Positions 1 through 11,164 of a stretch of DNA of 64,000 bases are shown here, piece by piece (positions within the stretch are counted from its first letter, which is position 1; each line of letters begins with the position of its first letter). Source of the DNA: Longimicrobiales bacterium (GTDB lineage: Bacteria; Gemmatimonadota; Gemmatimonadetes; Longimicrobiales; Gaopeijiaceae); the NCBI GenBank assembly GCA_965238005.1, contig OZ250165.1, forward strand, positions 2,592,001-2,656,000, given 5' to 3'. The notes beneath the pieces were generated by a model that had not been told where the DNA came from, did no database searches, and saw only the letters and a program-made list of their open reading frames with translations. Position numbers and translations under genes: made by a program.

Positions 1-566
1 TGCTCCCCCTCGTGTACGTGATGGCCGTGGTCGTCCGCCTGGCCCGCTTCAACGTCGAGCAGGGCGGAGAGGCAAAGGCGCACTTCCATGGCCTCCCCTC
101 TCCGACGCCGGGCATGATCCTGGCGACGTTCTATCCGTTCAGCCAGACCCCGTTCTTCCAGACCTACCTGGCGAGCATGCCCTGGCCGCGGATCATGGGA
201 ATCCTGCTCATTGTCCTGGGCGCCCTGATGCTCAGCAACATCCCGTACGCCCTCGTTCCGAAGATCGGCCTCCGGACGAGGAAAGGGATTCTGAACTCGC
301 TGTGGCTCTTCGGAAATGTTCTCGTCGCCATCGCCTTCCCGGCCTACTACTTCTTCCCCATGCTCCTCGGCTACACGATGTGGGGACTCATGGGGTCGGT
401 GATCCATGGGCTTCTGGAGCGTCTCCCCGAGCGGGACCCGCTCCTGGACGTGCTAGACGAGGCGGGCGCAGAGGTACGGGCCCTGGACTACGGAGAGCTG
501 GCTCCGAAGCGTTACCAGCAGAGTCCCACACACGTGCAACCCCCTGACACGGAGAGCGAAGCGTGA
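1..566 (+). CDS. pssA: CDP-diacylglycerol--serine O-phosphatidyltransferase, 5'-truncated by the window edge
   Basis: RLARFNV...FHGLPSP motif of the PssA CDP-alcohol phosphatidyltransferase C-terminal half; hydrophobic helices. Confidence 0.85.
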   Translation, partial: LPLVYVMAVVVRLARFNVEQGGEAKAHFHGLPSPTPGMILATFYPFSQTPFFQTYLASMPWPRIMGILLIVLGALMLSNIPYALVPKIGLRTRKGILNSLWLFGNVLVAIAFPAYYFFPMLLGYTMWGLMGSVIHGLLERLPERDPLLDVLDEAGAEVRALDYGELAPKRYQQSPTHVQPPDTESEA

Positions 567-838
567 CGCGTTTTCGCTTGGAGATTCGAGTGGTTCCTCG
601 CCCTGGGCTGCTGGACCCGGAAGGGAAAGCCATACAGCACGCCCTGCATTCGCTGGACTATGAAGGCGTACAGGACGTGCGCGTCGGGAAGATCCTCTAC
701 CTGGACGTGGAAGCTTCCTCGGAAGAGGACGCCCGCGAACGTGGGGAAGCCATGTGCCAGCGGCTCCTGGCCAACCCCGTGACCGAGGACTTCGAGATCG
801 AGGTGCGGGAGGCGCCCACGGCGGAGATACCGGCATGA
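563..838 (+). CDS. purS: Phosphoribosylformylglycinamidine synthase subunit PurS
   Basis: [13 protein letters not shown] and [10 protein letters not shown] motifs; directly upstream of purQ/purL. Confidence 0.95.
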   Translation: MTRFRLEIRVVPRPGLLDPEGKAIQHALHSLDYEGVQDVRVGKILYLDVEASSEEDARERGEAMCQRLLANPVTEDFEIEVREAPTAEIPA

Positions 839-1551
839 AGGTCGCCATCGTCACCTTCCCGGGCTCCAACTGCGATTACGACCTCTACAAGTGCATACAG
901 CTGGTCGGTGGAAGCCCCCAGTTTGTGTGGCATCGGGAGGTAGAGCTGGGCGACGTGGATGCCGTCATGCTCCCTGGGGGCTTCTCCTACGGGGATTACC
1001 TACGAGCCGGAGCCATCGCCACCATGCGCCCCGTGATGGACGCCGTTAAGGCCTTCGCCGCATCCGGCGGTCCGGTGCTGGGGATCTGCAACGGGTTCCA
1101 GATGCTGTGCGAGGCCGGGCTCCTCCCGGGCGCCCTGCTCCGCAACAGCTCACTGTTGTTCGCGAGCCAGGACATCCTGCTCCGGGTGGAGAGTGATGCC
1201 ACAATCTTCACGCGGGACTACCCTATCGGGCAGATCCTGCGGATGCCCATCGCCCACGCCGAGGGGAACTACCACGCCGACGAGGAGACCCTGGACCGGC
1301 TCGAAGGAGAAGGCCGCGTCCTCTTCCGGTATGTGGACGCCTCCGGCGAGACGACAACCGATGCGAATCCCAACGGATCGGCCCGCAGCATCGCCGGCAT
1401 CCTCAACGAAGAGAGCAACGTCATGGGGATGATGCCCCATCCCGAAAGAGCCGTGGAGGAGATCCTGGGCTCCGTGGACGGGCTCGGCCTCTTCGAGGCG
1501 CTCCTGGCGCACCTCTCGCCGGTAGGCACGTCACCGGTAGGCACGGCGTGA
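835..1551 (+). CDS. purQ: FGAM synthase glutaminase subunit PurQ
   Basis: [27 protein letters not shown] and MMPHPER motifs; ATG at 835 overlaps the purS stop. Confidence 0.97.
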   Translation: MKVAIVTFPGSNCDYDLYKCIQLVGGSPQFVWHREVELGDVDAVMLPGGFSYGDYLRAGAIATMRPVMDAVKAFAASGGPVLGICNGFQMLCEAGLLPGALLRNSSLLFASQDILLRVESDATIFTRDYPIGQILRMPIAHAEGNYHADEETLDRLEGEGRVLFRYVDASGETTTDANPNGSARSIAGILNEESNVMGMMPHPERAVEEILGSVDGLGLFEALLAHLSPVGTSPVGTA

Positions 1552-1596
1552 GCTCAACCCACCCCCCAACCCATACCGAACGGACCCAGCCGAAAC

Positions 1597-3897
1597 TTGA
1601 GCGACAGATCGGAGCATAACGGCACCCCTCCGGGGTCGATCTCCGCACGCCGCGACGGGGATCCGACCATCACACCCGAGCTCGTCGAAGACCACGGACT
1701 CTCCCCCTCGGAGTACGAACGCATCCTGAAGATCCTGGGACGAGAGCCCACCTTCACCGAGCTGGGCGTGTTCAGCGCCATGTGGTCGGAGCACTGCGGG
1801 TACAAGAGCTCCAAGCGGCTCCTGCGTCTCCTCCCCACGGAGGCCCCGTGGGTGATCCAGGGCCCCGGCGAGAACGCCGGCGTCATCGACGTGGGCGACG
1901 GATTGGCTCTGGCCTTCAAGATCGAGTCCCACAACCATCCGTCCGCCGTCGAGCCCTACCAGGGCGCGGCCACCGGGGTCGGCGGCATCCTGAGGGACGT
2001 CTTCACCATGGGAGCCCGGCCCATCGCCATCCTGGACTCGCTGCACTTCGGCAATCTCGACAGCGGACGGGTCCGGTACCTCTTCTCCGGCGTCGTGAAG
2101 GGGATCGGGGACTACGGCAACTGTGTCGGGATCCCGAACATCGGTGGAGAGGTCTTCTTCGACGAGGGCTACGAGGGCAATCCCATCGTGAACGCCATGT
2201 GCCTCGGGCTCATGAAGACTGAAGACCTCATCAAGGGCGAGGCCGAGGGCGTGGGTAACCCGCTCATGACCGTCGGGGCGAGGACGGGCCGTGACGGGAT
2301 CCATGGAGCGACGTTCGCCTCGGAGGAGCTCAGCGAAGACTCCCAGGCCAGTCGCCCACAGGTCCAGGTGGGCGACCCCTTTACCGAGAAGCTGCTCCTG
2401 GAAGCGAGCCTGGAGCTCATCCAGAGCGGCCACATCACCGGCATCCAGGACATGGGGGCCGCGGGCATCACGTCGAGCGCCTCGGAGATGGCCGGCCGCT
2501 CGGGGAACGGTGTGGAGATCGACATGGACCGCGTGCCCGTGCGGGAGCCGGGCATGACGCCCTACGAGATCCTCCTCTCTGAGTCGCAGGAGCGCATGCT
2601 GGTCGTGGCCAAGGCCGGGCAGGAAGGCGCCGTGAGGGAGATCCTGAACAAGTGGGAGCTCGAGGCCGAGGAGATCGGAAGGGTCACCGACGACGGGCTC
2701 TTCCGCGTGATGGAGGGAGGCCGGGTCGTGGCCGAGATTCCTTCCCTCCCCCTGACGGAGGGGTGCCCCACCTACGAGCGGGAGGGCATCGAGTCCGAAG
2801 AGGTGAAGGAACTCCGCTGCATGGACCTGTCGCGCTTCGCCGACGCCGATTCGGACCAGACGGAGGCGTTCCTGAAGCTCATGTCGTCGCCCAACATCGC
2901 GTCGAAGCGCTGGGTGTACCGCCAGTACGACACGACGGTCCGGACGGGCACCGCCATCCGACCTGGCGCAGACGCCGGTGTGGTGCGCCTGCGGGGCACG
3001 CGGAAGGCCGTCGCGGCCACGACGGATTGCAATGGACGCTACGTCTACCTGAATCCTCGTGTGGGTGCCATGGCGGCCGTGGCCGAGGCGGCACGGAACC
3101 TGGTGTGCGTCGGTGCGCTGCCCACGGCGGTGACCAACAACCTGAACTTCGGCAGCCCTCTGAAGCCTCACATCTACCACCAGTTCCGCGAAGCGGTGCT
3201 GGGCATGGCCGAGGCCTGCAAGCTCTTCGAGACTCCCGTGACGGGGGGCAACGTCTCCTTCTACAACGAGACCGACGGTGTCGCCATCTACCCGACCCCG
3301 GTCATCGGCATGGTCGGCATCGTGGAGGATGTCGCCCACCTCACGCGTCCCGCATTCGAAGAGGAAGGCGACGCCATCATCCTCTTGGGTGACAACACTG
3401 AGGAGCTGGGCGCGTCGGAGTATCTCTACGTCATGGAGAAGCTGGTGGCCGGCGAGCCGCCGTCGGTGGACCTCCTGGCGGAGCGCCGGCTCCAGCACGC
3501 CGTGCTGGCCATGATCCAGAAGGATCTCCTGCGCTCGGCTCACGACCTGTCCGAGGGCGGGCTTGCCTGCGCCCTGGCCGAGAGCTCCCTCGGACGGGGC
3601 GGCTCGCCCATGGGCGTCCACGTCACCCTCCACGACTCCCTCTCCCCCCTGCCCCTCCTGTTCGGAGAGGCGCAGGGTCGGATCATGGTGTCGTGCGACG
3701 CCCGCTCGGTGGACGACGCCCTGCGTCTTGCGAAGAAGCACCGAGTGCCCTGCCGGCAGATCGGACAGGTGGTGGTGGCGGACGAGGGCTTCCGGGTGGA
3801 GGGCAGGAGCGTGACGTTGGAGGTCGACGTGGAGACCCTCTCGGCACTATTCTTCGGTGCGATCCCTCGTTTGATGGATGGAGCTAGCCCGACGTGA
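1597..3897 (+). CDS. purL: FGAM synthase subunit PurL
   Basis: [27 protein letters not shown] and LSESQERM motifs. Confidence 0.98.
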   Translation: MSDRSEHNGTPPGSISARRDGDPTITPELVEDHGLSPSEYERILKILGREPTFTELGVFSAMWSEHCGYKSSKRLLRLLPTEAPWVIQGPGENAGVIDVGDGLALAFKIESHNHPSAVEPYQGAATGVGGILRDVFTMGARPIAILDSLHFGNLDSGRVRYLFSGVVKGIGDYGNCVGIPNIGGEVFFDEGYEGNPIVNAMCLGLMKTEDLIKGEAEGVGNPLMTVGARTGRDGIHGATFASEELSEDSQASRPQVQVGDPFTEKLLLEASLELIQSGHITGIQDMGAAGITSSASEMAGRSGNGVEIDMDRVPVREPGMTPYEILLSESQERMLVVAKAGQEGAVREILNKWELEAEEIGRVTDDGLFRVMEGGRVVAEIPSLPLTEGCPTYEREGIESEEVKELRCMDLSRFADADSDQTEAFLKLMSSPNIASKRWVYRQYDTTVRTGTAIRPGADAGVVRLRGTRKAVAATTDCNGRYVYLNPRVGAMAAVAEAARNLVCVGALPTAVTNNLNFGSPLKPHIYHQFREAVLGMAEACKLFETPVTGGNVSFYNETDGVAIYPTPVIGMVGIVEDVAHLTRPAFEEEGDAIILLGDNTEELGASEYLYVMEKLVAGEPPSVDLLAERRLQHAVLAMIQKDLLRSAHDLSEGGLACALAESSLGRGGSPMGVHVTLHDSLSPLPLLFGEAQGRIMVSCDARSVDDALRLAKKHRVPCRQIGQVVVADEGFRVEGRSVTLEVDVETLSALFFGAIPRLMDGASPT

Positions 3898-5357
3898 CCG
3901 CGAAGCCACTCCCCGTCGTGGGTAGGCCTGTCGACATGGTAGCATCTCACCTCGACGAGAGGCCCCGTGAGGAGTGCGGGGTGGTGGGCATCAGCGGGAT
4001 CGAAGGCGCCGCGGAGCTGGCGTTCCTGGCGCTCTATGCGCTCCAGCACCGGGGTCAGGAGTCCGCGGGCATCTGTGCCATCTCCGACGGAGAGGCCCGT
4101 GTCTACAAGGACGTGGGGCTCGTGGGCGACGTGTTCGACGCCGAGTCCCTCATCAAGCTTCCCGGTCGTACGGCGATCGGACACGTGCGTTACTCCACCG
4201 CCGGAGGCAGCAGGGCGCTGAACGCCCAGCCTATCGTGGTTCGGTACGCCGAGGGCGATCTGGGCGTCTCCCACAACGGCAACCTGACCAACGCCCACGA
4301 CCTGAAAAGCCGGCTCGTCAGCGAGGGCGCCATCTTTCAGACCACGTCGGACTCCGAAGTCATCGTCCATCTAATAGCGCGCTCCCGACACGACAACGTC
4401 GACGCCCAGGTCGACGACGCCCTCAGCCATCTGGAAGGTGCCTTCTCCCTGGCCATCACCGTGGGGGACACCCTGTATGCCATTCGGGACCCCCGGGGTT
4501 ACCGCCCACTGGTCCTGGGCAAGCTCGACGGTGGGCACGTGGTCGTCAGTGAGACGTGCGCCCTAGACATTCTCGGAGCCGAATACGTCAGGGACGTGGA
4601 TCCGGGAGAGGTGCTCAAGATCGAGGGCGAGTCGGTTCGGAGCCTCCGCAGCCTTTCGCCGGCCCAGGAGAAGGCTCCGTGCATCTTCGAACTCGTCTAC
4701 TTCGCCCGACCCGACTCGCGTCTGTGGACGATCTCCGTGGACCGCGCCCGCCGGGGCTTCGGGCGGGAACTGGCCGCCGAGCACCCGGTGGATGCCGACG
4801 CGGTCATCGCCGTGCCGGACAGCGCGAACTCGGCGGCCCTGGGCTATAGCGAGGCCAGTGGAATCCCGTACGAGCTGGGGCTCCTCCGCAACCACTACGT
4901 GGGTCGCACGTTCATCAAGCCCTCCCAGGCGGACCGCGATTTCGGTGCACGCATGAAGTACAACCCTGTCCGCGAGGTGCTCGAGGGCCGGCGGGTCGTC
5001 GTGGTGGATGACTCCCTGGTCCGGGGCACGACCAGCAAGAGCCTGGTGAAGTTCATCCGCCAGGCCGGTGCCGCGGAGGTCCACCTCCGCATCGGCAGCC
5101 CTCCCGTGCGCTTCCCTTGCTTCTACGGGATCGACATGCCGAGCCACGAGGAGCTCATCGGCTCGCAGTTGAGCCCGAGCGAGATCGCCGAGACGCTGGG
5201 AGCGGATTCCCTGGGTTATCTGTCGCTGGAGGGAATGCTGTCGGTCGTGGCCGAGCACGGATCGTTCTGCGACGCCTGCTTCTCCGGCAACTACGCAGCG
5301 CCGCTGGTGGATGTGGACAAGGGATACGTACCCGGCAACCACCCCATCAACTGCTAG
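3894..5357 (+). CDS. purF: Amidophosphoribosyltransferase
   Basis: Propeptide followed by [29 protein letters not shown] site, Fe-S cysteines (CDACF). Confidence 0.97.
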   Translation: MTAKPLPVVGRPVDMVASHLDERPREECGVVGISGIEGAAELAFLALYALQHRGQESAGICAISDGEARVYKDVGLVGDVFDAESLIKLPGRTAIGHVRYSTAGGSRALNAQPIVVRYAEGDLGVSHNGNLTNAHDLKSRLVSEGAIFQTTSDSEVIVHLIARSRHDNVDAQVDDALSHLEGAFSLAITVGDTLYAIRDPRGYRPLVLGKLDGGHVVVSETCALDILGAEYVRDVDPGEVLKIEGESVRSLRSLSPAQEKAPCIFELVYFARPDSRLWTISVDRARRGFGRELAAEHPVDADAVIAVPDSANSAALGYSEASGIPYELGLLRNHYVGRTFIKPSQADRDFGARMKYNPVREVLEGRRVVVVDDSLVRGTTSKSLVKFIRQAGAAEVHLRIGSPPVRFPCFYGIDMPSHEELIGSQLSPSEIAETLGADSLGYLSLEGMLSVVAEHGSFCDACFSGNYAAPLVDVDKGYVPGNHPINC

Positions 5358-5362
5358 CGCCG

Positions 5363-6397
5363 GTGAAGGTCACCCGGGAGCTCCTGGAACGGCTTCCCAA
5401 GACAGAGCTCCACGTTCACCTGGACGGGAGCCTCCGTCCCGAGACCCTCATCGAGCTCGGTGAGCTGTCTGGGAAGGACCTACCCAGCACCGGTCCCGCA
5501 GAGCTGGCCGAGCACATGCTCGCCGAGGACACCCGGAATCTCGAGGAGTACCTGGCCAAATTCGAAACCACGCTGTCGGTCCTGCAGCACGCCGACGCCC
5601 TGGAGCGGGTGGCCTTCGAGCTGGCGGAGGACAACGCCCGTGAGAACGTCCGCTACCTCGAGGTCCGCTACTCGCCCATCCTCCACACCCGGGAAGGCCT
5701 ACCCCTCACGGAAGCCGTGAAGGCCCCCCTCCGGGGCCTGAAGCGGGCCGAGGAGCAGTACGGCATCAGGACCGGCCTGATCATCTGTGGGATCCGTGAC
5801 ATGGAAGCACATACATCCCGGGACCTGGCGGATCTCACGGTGGCCTTCAAGGGCCAGGGCGTCGTGGCCTTCGACCTGGCGGGAGCCGAGTACAACTATC
5901 CGGCCAAGAAGCACAGGGACGCCTTCTTCACGGTCATCAACCGGAACATGGCCACCACCATCCACGCCGGAGAGGCCTACGGCCCCGAGTCCATCCACCA
6001 GGCCCTGCACTACTGTCGGGCCAACCGCATCGGCCACGGGACTCGGCTCTACGAAGATCCCGACCTCATGCAGTTCGTGATCGACTTCCGCGTGCCCCTG
6101 GAGATCTGCCTGACCTCCAATGTGCAGACCGGGGCCGTGGCCTCGTACGCCGAGCACCCCGTGCGCCGGTACTTCGATGCCGGTGTGGTGGTGACGCTCA
6201 ACACCGACAACCGACTCATGTCGGGCACCACCGTCACCGACGAGTACTGGAAAGCCCATGAACACCTGGGCTTCACATGGGAAGAGCTCAGGCAGGTGGC
6301 CCGCATGGGGTTCGAGTCGGCGTTCCTGCATCGGGGGGAGAAGCAGGAGCTGATCACCGGCGTGGAAGAGGAGATCGCGGGGATCGAAGGGGGGTAG
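5363..6397 (+). CDS. add: Adenosine deaminase
   Basis: PKTELHVHLDGS, TIHAGE, RIGHG and NTDN motifs; GTG start at 5363 chosen because it follows the purF stop. Confidence 0.93.
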   Translation: MKVTRELLERLPKTELHVHLDGSLRPETLIELGELSGKDLPSTGPAELAEHMLAEDTRNLEEYLAKFETTLSVLQHADALERVAFELAEDNARENVRYLEVRYSPILHTREGLPLTEAVKAPLRGLKRAEEQYGIRTGLIICGIRDMEAHTSRDLADLTVAFKGQGVVAFDLAGAEYNYPAKKHRDAFFTVINRNMATTIHAGEAYGPESIHQALHYCRANRIGHGTRLYEDPDLMQFVIDFRVPLEICLTSNVQTGAVASYAEHPVRRYFDAGVVVTLNTDNRLMSGTTVTDEYWKAHEHLGFTWEELRQVARMGFESAFLHRGEKQELITGVEEEIAGIEGG

Positions 6398-6443
6398 GGG
6401 AGGTGGGGGGGCGGTAGGGCTGGAGGCGGTGGGGGGGCAAGTC

Positions 6444-6590
6444 CTAGGCGAGACGAAGGCGCCGTCCCTTCGGTTTGGGGATCGGACGATCGAACTCCTT
6501 CGCGGTGGCCAACCACAGATCGATCGCTTCCTGCCAGTTGCCAAGGGCCGCACCCGGAGAATCGCCGTGGGCCGTGCAGCCCAAGAAGCC
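6444..6590 (-). pseudogene. hicB: HicB-family antitoxin remnant (C-terminal part only)
   Basis: GCTAHGDSPGAALGNWQEAIDLWLATAKEFDRPIPKPKGRRL resembles short HicB proteins; N-terminal strands missing; no hicA nearby. Confidence 0.7.
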
Positions 6591-6624
6591 GCCCCGGTTA
6601 GCACCTCCCCCGGGGCGGCTTCTT
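6583..6624. terminator. 15-bp perfect inverted repeat, possible bidirectional terminator
   Basis: AAGAAGCCGCCCCGG (6583-6597) and CCGGGGCGGCTTCTT (6610-6624), between convergent add and the surface-protein gene. Confidence 0.6.
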
Positions 6625-6669
6625 CTATCCAGTCCAGATGACACTCGCCAGCGAGCAGCCCCTGGCTGC

Positions 6670-6703
6670 AAAAAACCCCCGCCCGGCCGAAGCCGGGCGG
6701 GGG
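6670..6703 (-). terminator. Rho-independent terminator of the surface-protein gene
   Basis: Minus strand CCCCCGCCCGGC-TTCG-GCCGGGCGGGGG-TTTTTT: 12-bp stem, cUUCGg loop, U tract. Confidence 0.92.
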
Positions 6704-6730
6704 CGTGACTGCTACATCAGGAAGTTGCTA

Positions 6731-9700
6731 TTAGGTACCAGCAACCACCGTGATGTTGGTTCTGTACTGCGTGATCAGCGCGGCACCCGCACTGTTCACA
6801 CCGATCGCGGCGATGTTGACCACCGTCGGACCGGCACCCAACGCCGCGAGGGCCGGATGGCTCCCGTCGAGCAAGAAGGTGTGGTTGTAGTGACGCAGCG
6901 TCGGAGCTACGACGCCGTCGTCCGTGAACGTCGCTCCCGAGCCCAACGTCGTCCCGAGGAGCGTCCATACTTCGGCCGCGGCTGAGTACGGAAACGCGTC
7001 GGCGTCGGTGACGACGTACCAGAAGATGGTCCCACTGGAGAACGAGTTCGGCATCGTCCCGGTCGGGCCCGTTGCCTCGGCGTTCACCGTAACCGTCTTC
7101 ACGTTAGCCGCGGCGCAAGCTGCGGCTCCCGTACCGTTACACAGCGTTACCGCTACCGCAGCAGGCGGATAAGCCGTTCCCGGCGTCCACGGCGCCGGGA
7201 GAACCCGGAAGCCGGTGAGCACTGCCGTCTGAGCGATGTACTCCGTCACGCCTACAACGGTACCGGCTTGGAAGTTGTTCGCGCCGACCGACGAGTTGCC
7301 GGCGGCGTCGAACGTCGTTGCCGTCACGTTGGTGGCCAGAGCCGAGGTGGCCGCGGCCGGAGGTGCGAAACCAGCGGTCGTGATCTCGACCTGAGCGACG
7401 AGGTTCACCGCCTGGGCCGCAGACTGAGTCAATGTGCGAGCGCCGTCAAAGCGAACGCCGTCACCGAGCTGTACCGGATTGGTGAACGGAATGAAGCTCC
7501 CGAGTCCGCCGAAATCGAATGCGAACGCCGTCGTCCAGAGGTCGATGAGGTCCGCCACCGCGGCGCTGAAGGTCGCAGCGGCGCCACCCGCCAGCGTCGG
7601 CGGAATGGCTACGTTGGACGTGGTCGGAACCGTCTGGTCGATCAGCCAGTTCCGAACGATCTCGGCAACGATGTTCCCCGCCTGGTCCATAAGGGCTCCG
7701 CCCATCGCGTAATACGCGTCAGGCGCGGTTGCGAAGTCGGGGACACACGGCGCCGCGTTCATTGTCGCCAGAACGGCTGGCGCAGCACCACAAGCCGCGA
7801 TGGCGGCCGGGATGTTGACGACACCACCGGCCGTCGTCGAGGCACCGAGAATGAACGTACCCGCGTTCGTGGTCGCCGGAACCTGCGTCATCCAGGCCTG
7901 CACCGGGAAGGCCGAGAAGCCCGCCCGATCTTCCACTCCGCCCAGGCTGAAGCCCGAAACGTGCGCGGCGCCACCAGCGGCGCCGGCAGGAATGATCGTC
8001 TGGTCGGTGATCGTCGCCGGAGAAGCGGCGGCGACCACGGCCGTCGGCAGGTTGTCCTCCACACCGACCGTCGTCAGCGCGTTGGAGCCGGCGCCAGCCA
8101 GGGAGGTGTTGCTCCGGTTGCCCAAGGCATCCGCGAGCCCGACCCAGAGCTGGTTGTCGGTGTTGAGCAGGCTCGTGGCGATAGCGCCGGCCGCGGCTGC
8201 ACTGGCCGTGGCCTGAACCGTCGCGGCCGCAAGCGTCGCCGCACCGATGTGGAAGGTGGTCACGATGCCGCCCACGCCGAGGAAGAAGCCACCGCCTGGG
8301 ATGTCCTGGTCAGCCGTCGTCGTAAGACCACTAGCGAACGTGTAGGCCGAGTTGATCCAGTTGTTCGCGCAGCAAAGCACCGTCGCAGCCGCAACGGCCT
8401 GATCGGTCAGAGTGAAGACACCCGTCACGATCGGAGCAACGTTGTCCGTCAACAAGGGCATTGGGGCCGCTATAATAGCCGGTACGCCGCCAATGAAGGC
8501 CAAGGGCGCTGCGGCCGTCCCGAGCGCGAAGGCCGTACCGTTCGTATAGGCGGCCCCCGTGACGGCGAGAACGTCGGGAACGAGCCCGTTTGACGAGTGG
8601 CCAATCAGCGAGGACGTGCCGGCCGCAGACGGAAACGTCACAGCATACGGAGCGGCGGTGGCTGTAAGCGCGCCGCCAGCCGCCGGTCCGTTCCCGTTGT
8701 TGTCCGTGTAGGTGAGGGTGAGTGTACCCAGCGTTAGGCCGGAGTAGAGTACCGGTGTGATGGTGGCCGTCAGAGCACCACCCCACCAGAGCTGACTCAA
8801 CGCGCTCACCGCCGTGCCGCCCGCAGCGGTCAACGCGCCCAGAAGGACGTCGGGGTTCGCGAACGTCAGGTTCACACTGTTGGAGGCCGTGGCCGTGGCG
8901 CCGTCACTGGTATTCACCTGAGCAGAGATGACGTGGTTACCACTACCGAAGGTCGGAGTGCCGTTGCCCGGGGCGCAGGGTATCCCGGGAACAGCTCCGC
9001 AGAATGCGGTGCCGATCTGGACCGTCGCGTTGCGTTCCGCACTGTCAGGTCCGTCCTCGGCTGGAGCACCCGTGGTGAAGGTCTGCGTGCCCACAACGAC
9101 GCCGTCCAGAAGCACGGAGGCCGAGGTGAGCGACGACGTGCCCTCGTTGATGACGAGGTTCACGTCGATGGCACCGACGACCGCGGTCGGAATGACCGTC
9201 ACACCGGCCGTACCGCTGACCGTGATCGTCGAGATCGTGACCGTAGCGGCCGTAGTGACTTCCTCGACCGTGCCGACGAAGGTCACGTTGGCGCTCTGGC
9301 CCACGGCCACCGTCACGTCACGCGAGGTCACGGCGATGGTAGCGGTGCCGAAGTCCGAGATCGTCACGGTGTAGTCGCCGGCCCGCAGACCGGTGAACTC
9401 GAAGTCACCGTTCGTGTCCGAGCTGCCAGCGGAGGACTCACCGGCCAGCGTACCGGTACCGGCGACGTTCACCGTCGCCACGATCCCGGTGTTTCCGGCG
9501 GTGATGCTACCCCGGATGCTCGACGTGCGGATGTAGTTACCGCCGAAGTCCGCGATGACCGTCTGGCCACTCGTGGAGATGCTCACGACCGCCGAGGTCG
9601 AGGCGAAGGCCACGTCAGCGGGTTAACCGCTGATCTGCACTGCGTGCGTCCCCGCGGGGACGTTAGCGAACGAATAGGTACCGCCCGCGACAGTCGTCGT

Positions 9701-9892
9701 CGACTGCGAGGCAGCGCCCACCAGGCTGACGGTCACGCCGGCAAGCCCAGTGCCCTCGACGGAAACCGTACCGCTGACGGTTCCGACGATGACCACCGGG
9801 GGAGGCGTTACGCCACCGTCGTCATCGTCGCCACACGCGGTCAACGGAATGACCGCGAGTAGCGCGATGGCTGCGAAGCGAAGCAACTTCAT
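6731..9892 (-). CDS. Large S-layer-like surface lipoprotein (carboxypeptidase-regulatory-like and Ig-like beta domains), interrupted by one in-frame TAA at 9623-9625
   Basis: ATG at 9892 with GGAGAG RBS; lipobox LTAC; the ORFs ending at 9623 and starting at 9613 are in the same frame (..QISG*PADVAF..); Ala/Gly/Thr/Val-rich; DxxGN Ig-like turns. Confidence 0.8.
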
Positions 9893-9965
9893 TGAACTCT
9901 CCAGTGTGGAGGTGTAGTTCGCCCGTCCGTTGAGGACTGAGCACAAGAATCCGGAGTGGCGGGGG

Positions 9966-9981
9966 TGCAAGGATGGTGCCA
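9966..9981 (-). promoter_or_regulatory. Sigma-54 (-24/-12) promoter of the surface-protein gene
   Basis: Minus strand TGGCACCATCCTTGCA = TGGCAC-N5-TTGCA with exact GG-N10-GC spacing, ~75 nt upstream of the ATG. Confidence 0.8.
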
Positions 9982-10067
9982 CGGCCGAGTCCGGAGATCG
10001 TCCAGTGTTTATAAGGGTTTTCCACCCTCCGAACAACGTCCGAATGGCCTCAGAAACCCGAGAACCC

Positions 10068-11084
10068 TCAGATTTCTGAGGCCTCGGCCAAAAAGCGCTC
10101 CGCCATGGCCACGATGTCACTGGATCCCAGGTACAACGGGGTTCTCTGGTGCAGCGTCTCGGGAGTGAGGTCCAGGATGCGATTCCGGCCGTCCGAAGCC
10201 CTTCCGCCGGCCTGCTCACAGATCATCCCCATGGGCGCCGCTTCGTACAGGAGCCGCAGCTTCCCCTGCGGGCTCTTGGTGTCGGCCGGGTACATGAAGA
10301 TTCCACCCTTGAGGAGCGTGCGGTGAAAGTCGGCAACCAACGAACCGATGTACCGGGAGCTGAAGGAGGCCGAGCTTTCCCCGTCTAGGCCCTTCAGGTG
10401 CTGCATGAGGCGTTGCTGCCCCTTGGACCAGCGTGGATAGTACGCCTCGTTGATGGAGTACGTCGGGCTGGGCGGGACCGGGATCATGATGTTCCGGTGG
10501 CTCAGGAGGAACTCGCCGATGGACGGGTCCAGGGTGAAGCCGTGAACTCCGTTGCCGCTGGTGTAGACGAGCATGGTGGACGAGCCGTATAGGACGTATC
10601 CCGCGGCGAGCTGCTGGCAACCGGCCTGAAGACAGTCCTGGAGAGTCCCGTCCTCGCCTCCTGAGATCTTCCTGTGGATCGAGAAGATGGTGCCGATGGA
10701 GACGTTGACGTCGATGTTCGACGAGCCGTCCAGCGGATCGAAGATCAGGACATAGTCGCCCTTGGGAAACTCGGCGGGGATGGGGAGGATGTCCTCGGAC
10801 TCTTCGGAGACCATGCAGCAGAGCGTCCCCGCATGGCCCATGGCCGTGTAGATCACGTCCTGGGCGTAGAGATCGAGCTTCTGGACGCGCTCCCCCTGGA
10901 CGTTGGTCGTGCCCGTGCCACCGAGAATGTCCACGATGCCGGCCTTGTTCACCTCTCTCGAGATGATCTTCGCCGCCAGCGTGAGCGAGTGGAGGATGTT
11001 GCTGAAGGCTCCGGTAGCCTTTGGATGGCTCCGTTCCTCTTCGACGATGTGTCGCTCGAGTGTGACGACGCTGTTTCCCGGCAT
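10068..11084 (-). CDS. fbp: Class 1 fructose-1,6-bisphosphatase
   Basis: FDPLDGSSNIDVNVSIGTIFS, RYIGSLVADFHR and GKLRLLYE motifs. Confidence 0.97.
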   Translation of the reverse strand: MPGNSVVTLERHIVEEERSHPKATGAFSNILHSLTLAAKIISREVNKAGIVDILGGTGTTNVQGERVQKLDLYAQDVIYTAMGHAGTLCCMVSEESEDILPIPAEFPKGDYVLIFDPLDGSSNIDVNVSIGTIFSIHRKISGGEDGTLQDCLQAGCQQLAAGYVLYGSSTMLVYTSGNGVHGFTLDPSIGEFLLSHRNIMIPVPPSPTYSINEAYYPRWSKGQQRLMQHLKGLDGESSASFSSRYIGSLVADFHRTLLKGGIFMYPADTKSPQGKLRLLYEAAPMGMICEQAGGRASDGRNRILDLTPETLHQRTPLYLGSSDIVAMAERFLAEASEI

Positions 11085-11126
11085 GGCCTCACGGATCGAA
11101 GTCGGATCTGGACACGGCGTGAGGCC

Positions 11127-11154
11127 AAGATAACCGGGGCCTCGGTCTGGTCAA
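11127..11154 (-). promoter_or_regulatory. Putative sigma-70 promoter of fbp
   Basis: TTGACC-N16-TATCTT on the minus strand, ~40 nt upstream of the fbp ATG. Confidence 0.5.
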
Positions 11155-11164
11155 CGACCGATGA

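Noticed and set aside
1531..3741. 736-aa antisense ORF over purL, and similar long shadow ORFs (28858-30924, 55466-57013, 57811-59403)
   Set aside because: They mirror well-supported genes and have no recognisable motifs; such ORFs are expected from high-GC codon bias.
5117..5362. N-terminal extensions in the ORF track (add, murC to 40779, murD to 44282, asnS to 29159, ftsI to 49944)
   Set aside because: They overlap neighbouring genes in another frame; family similarity begins only at the downstream starts.
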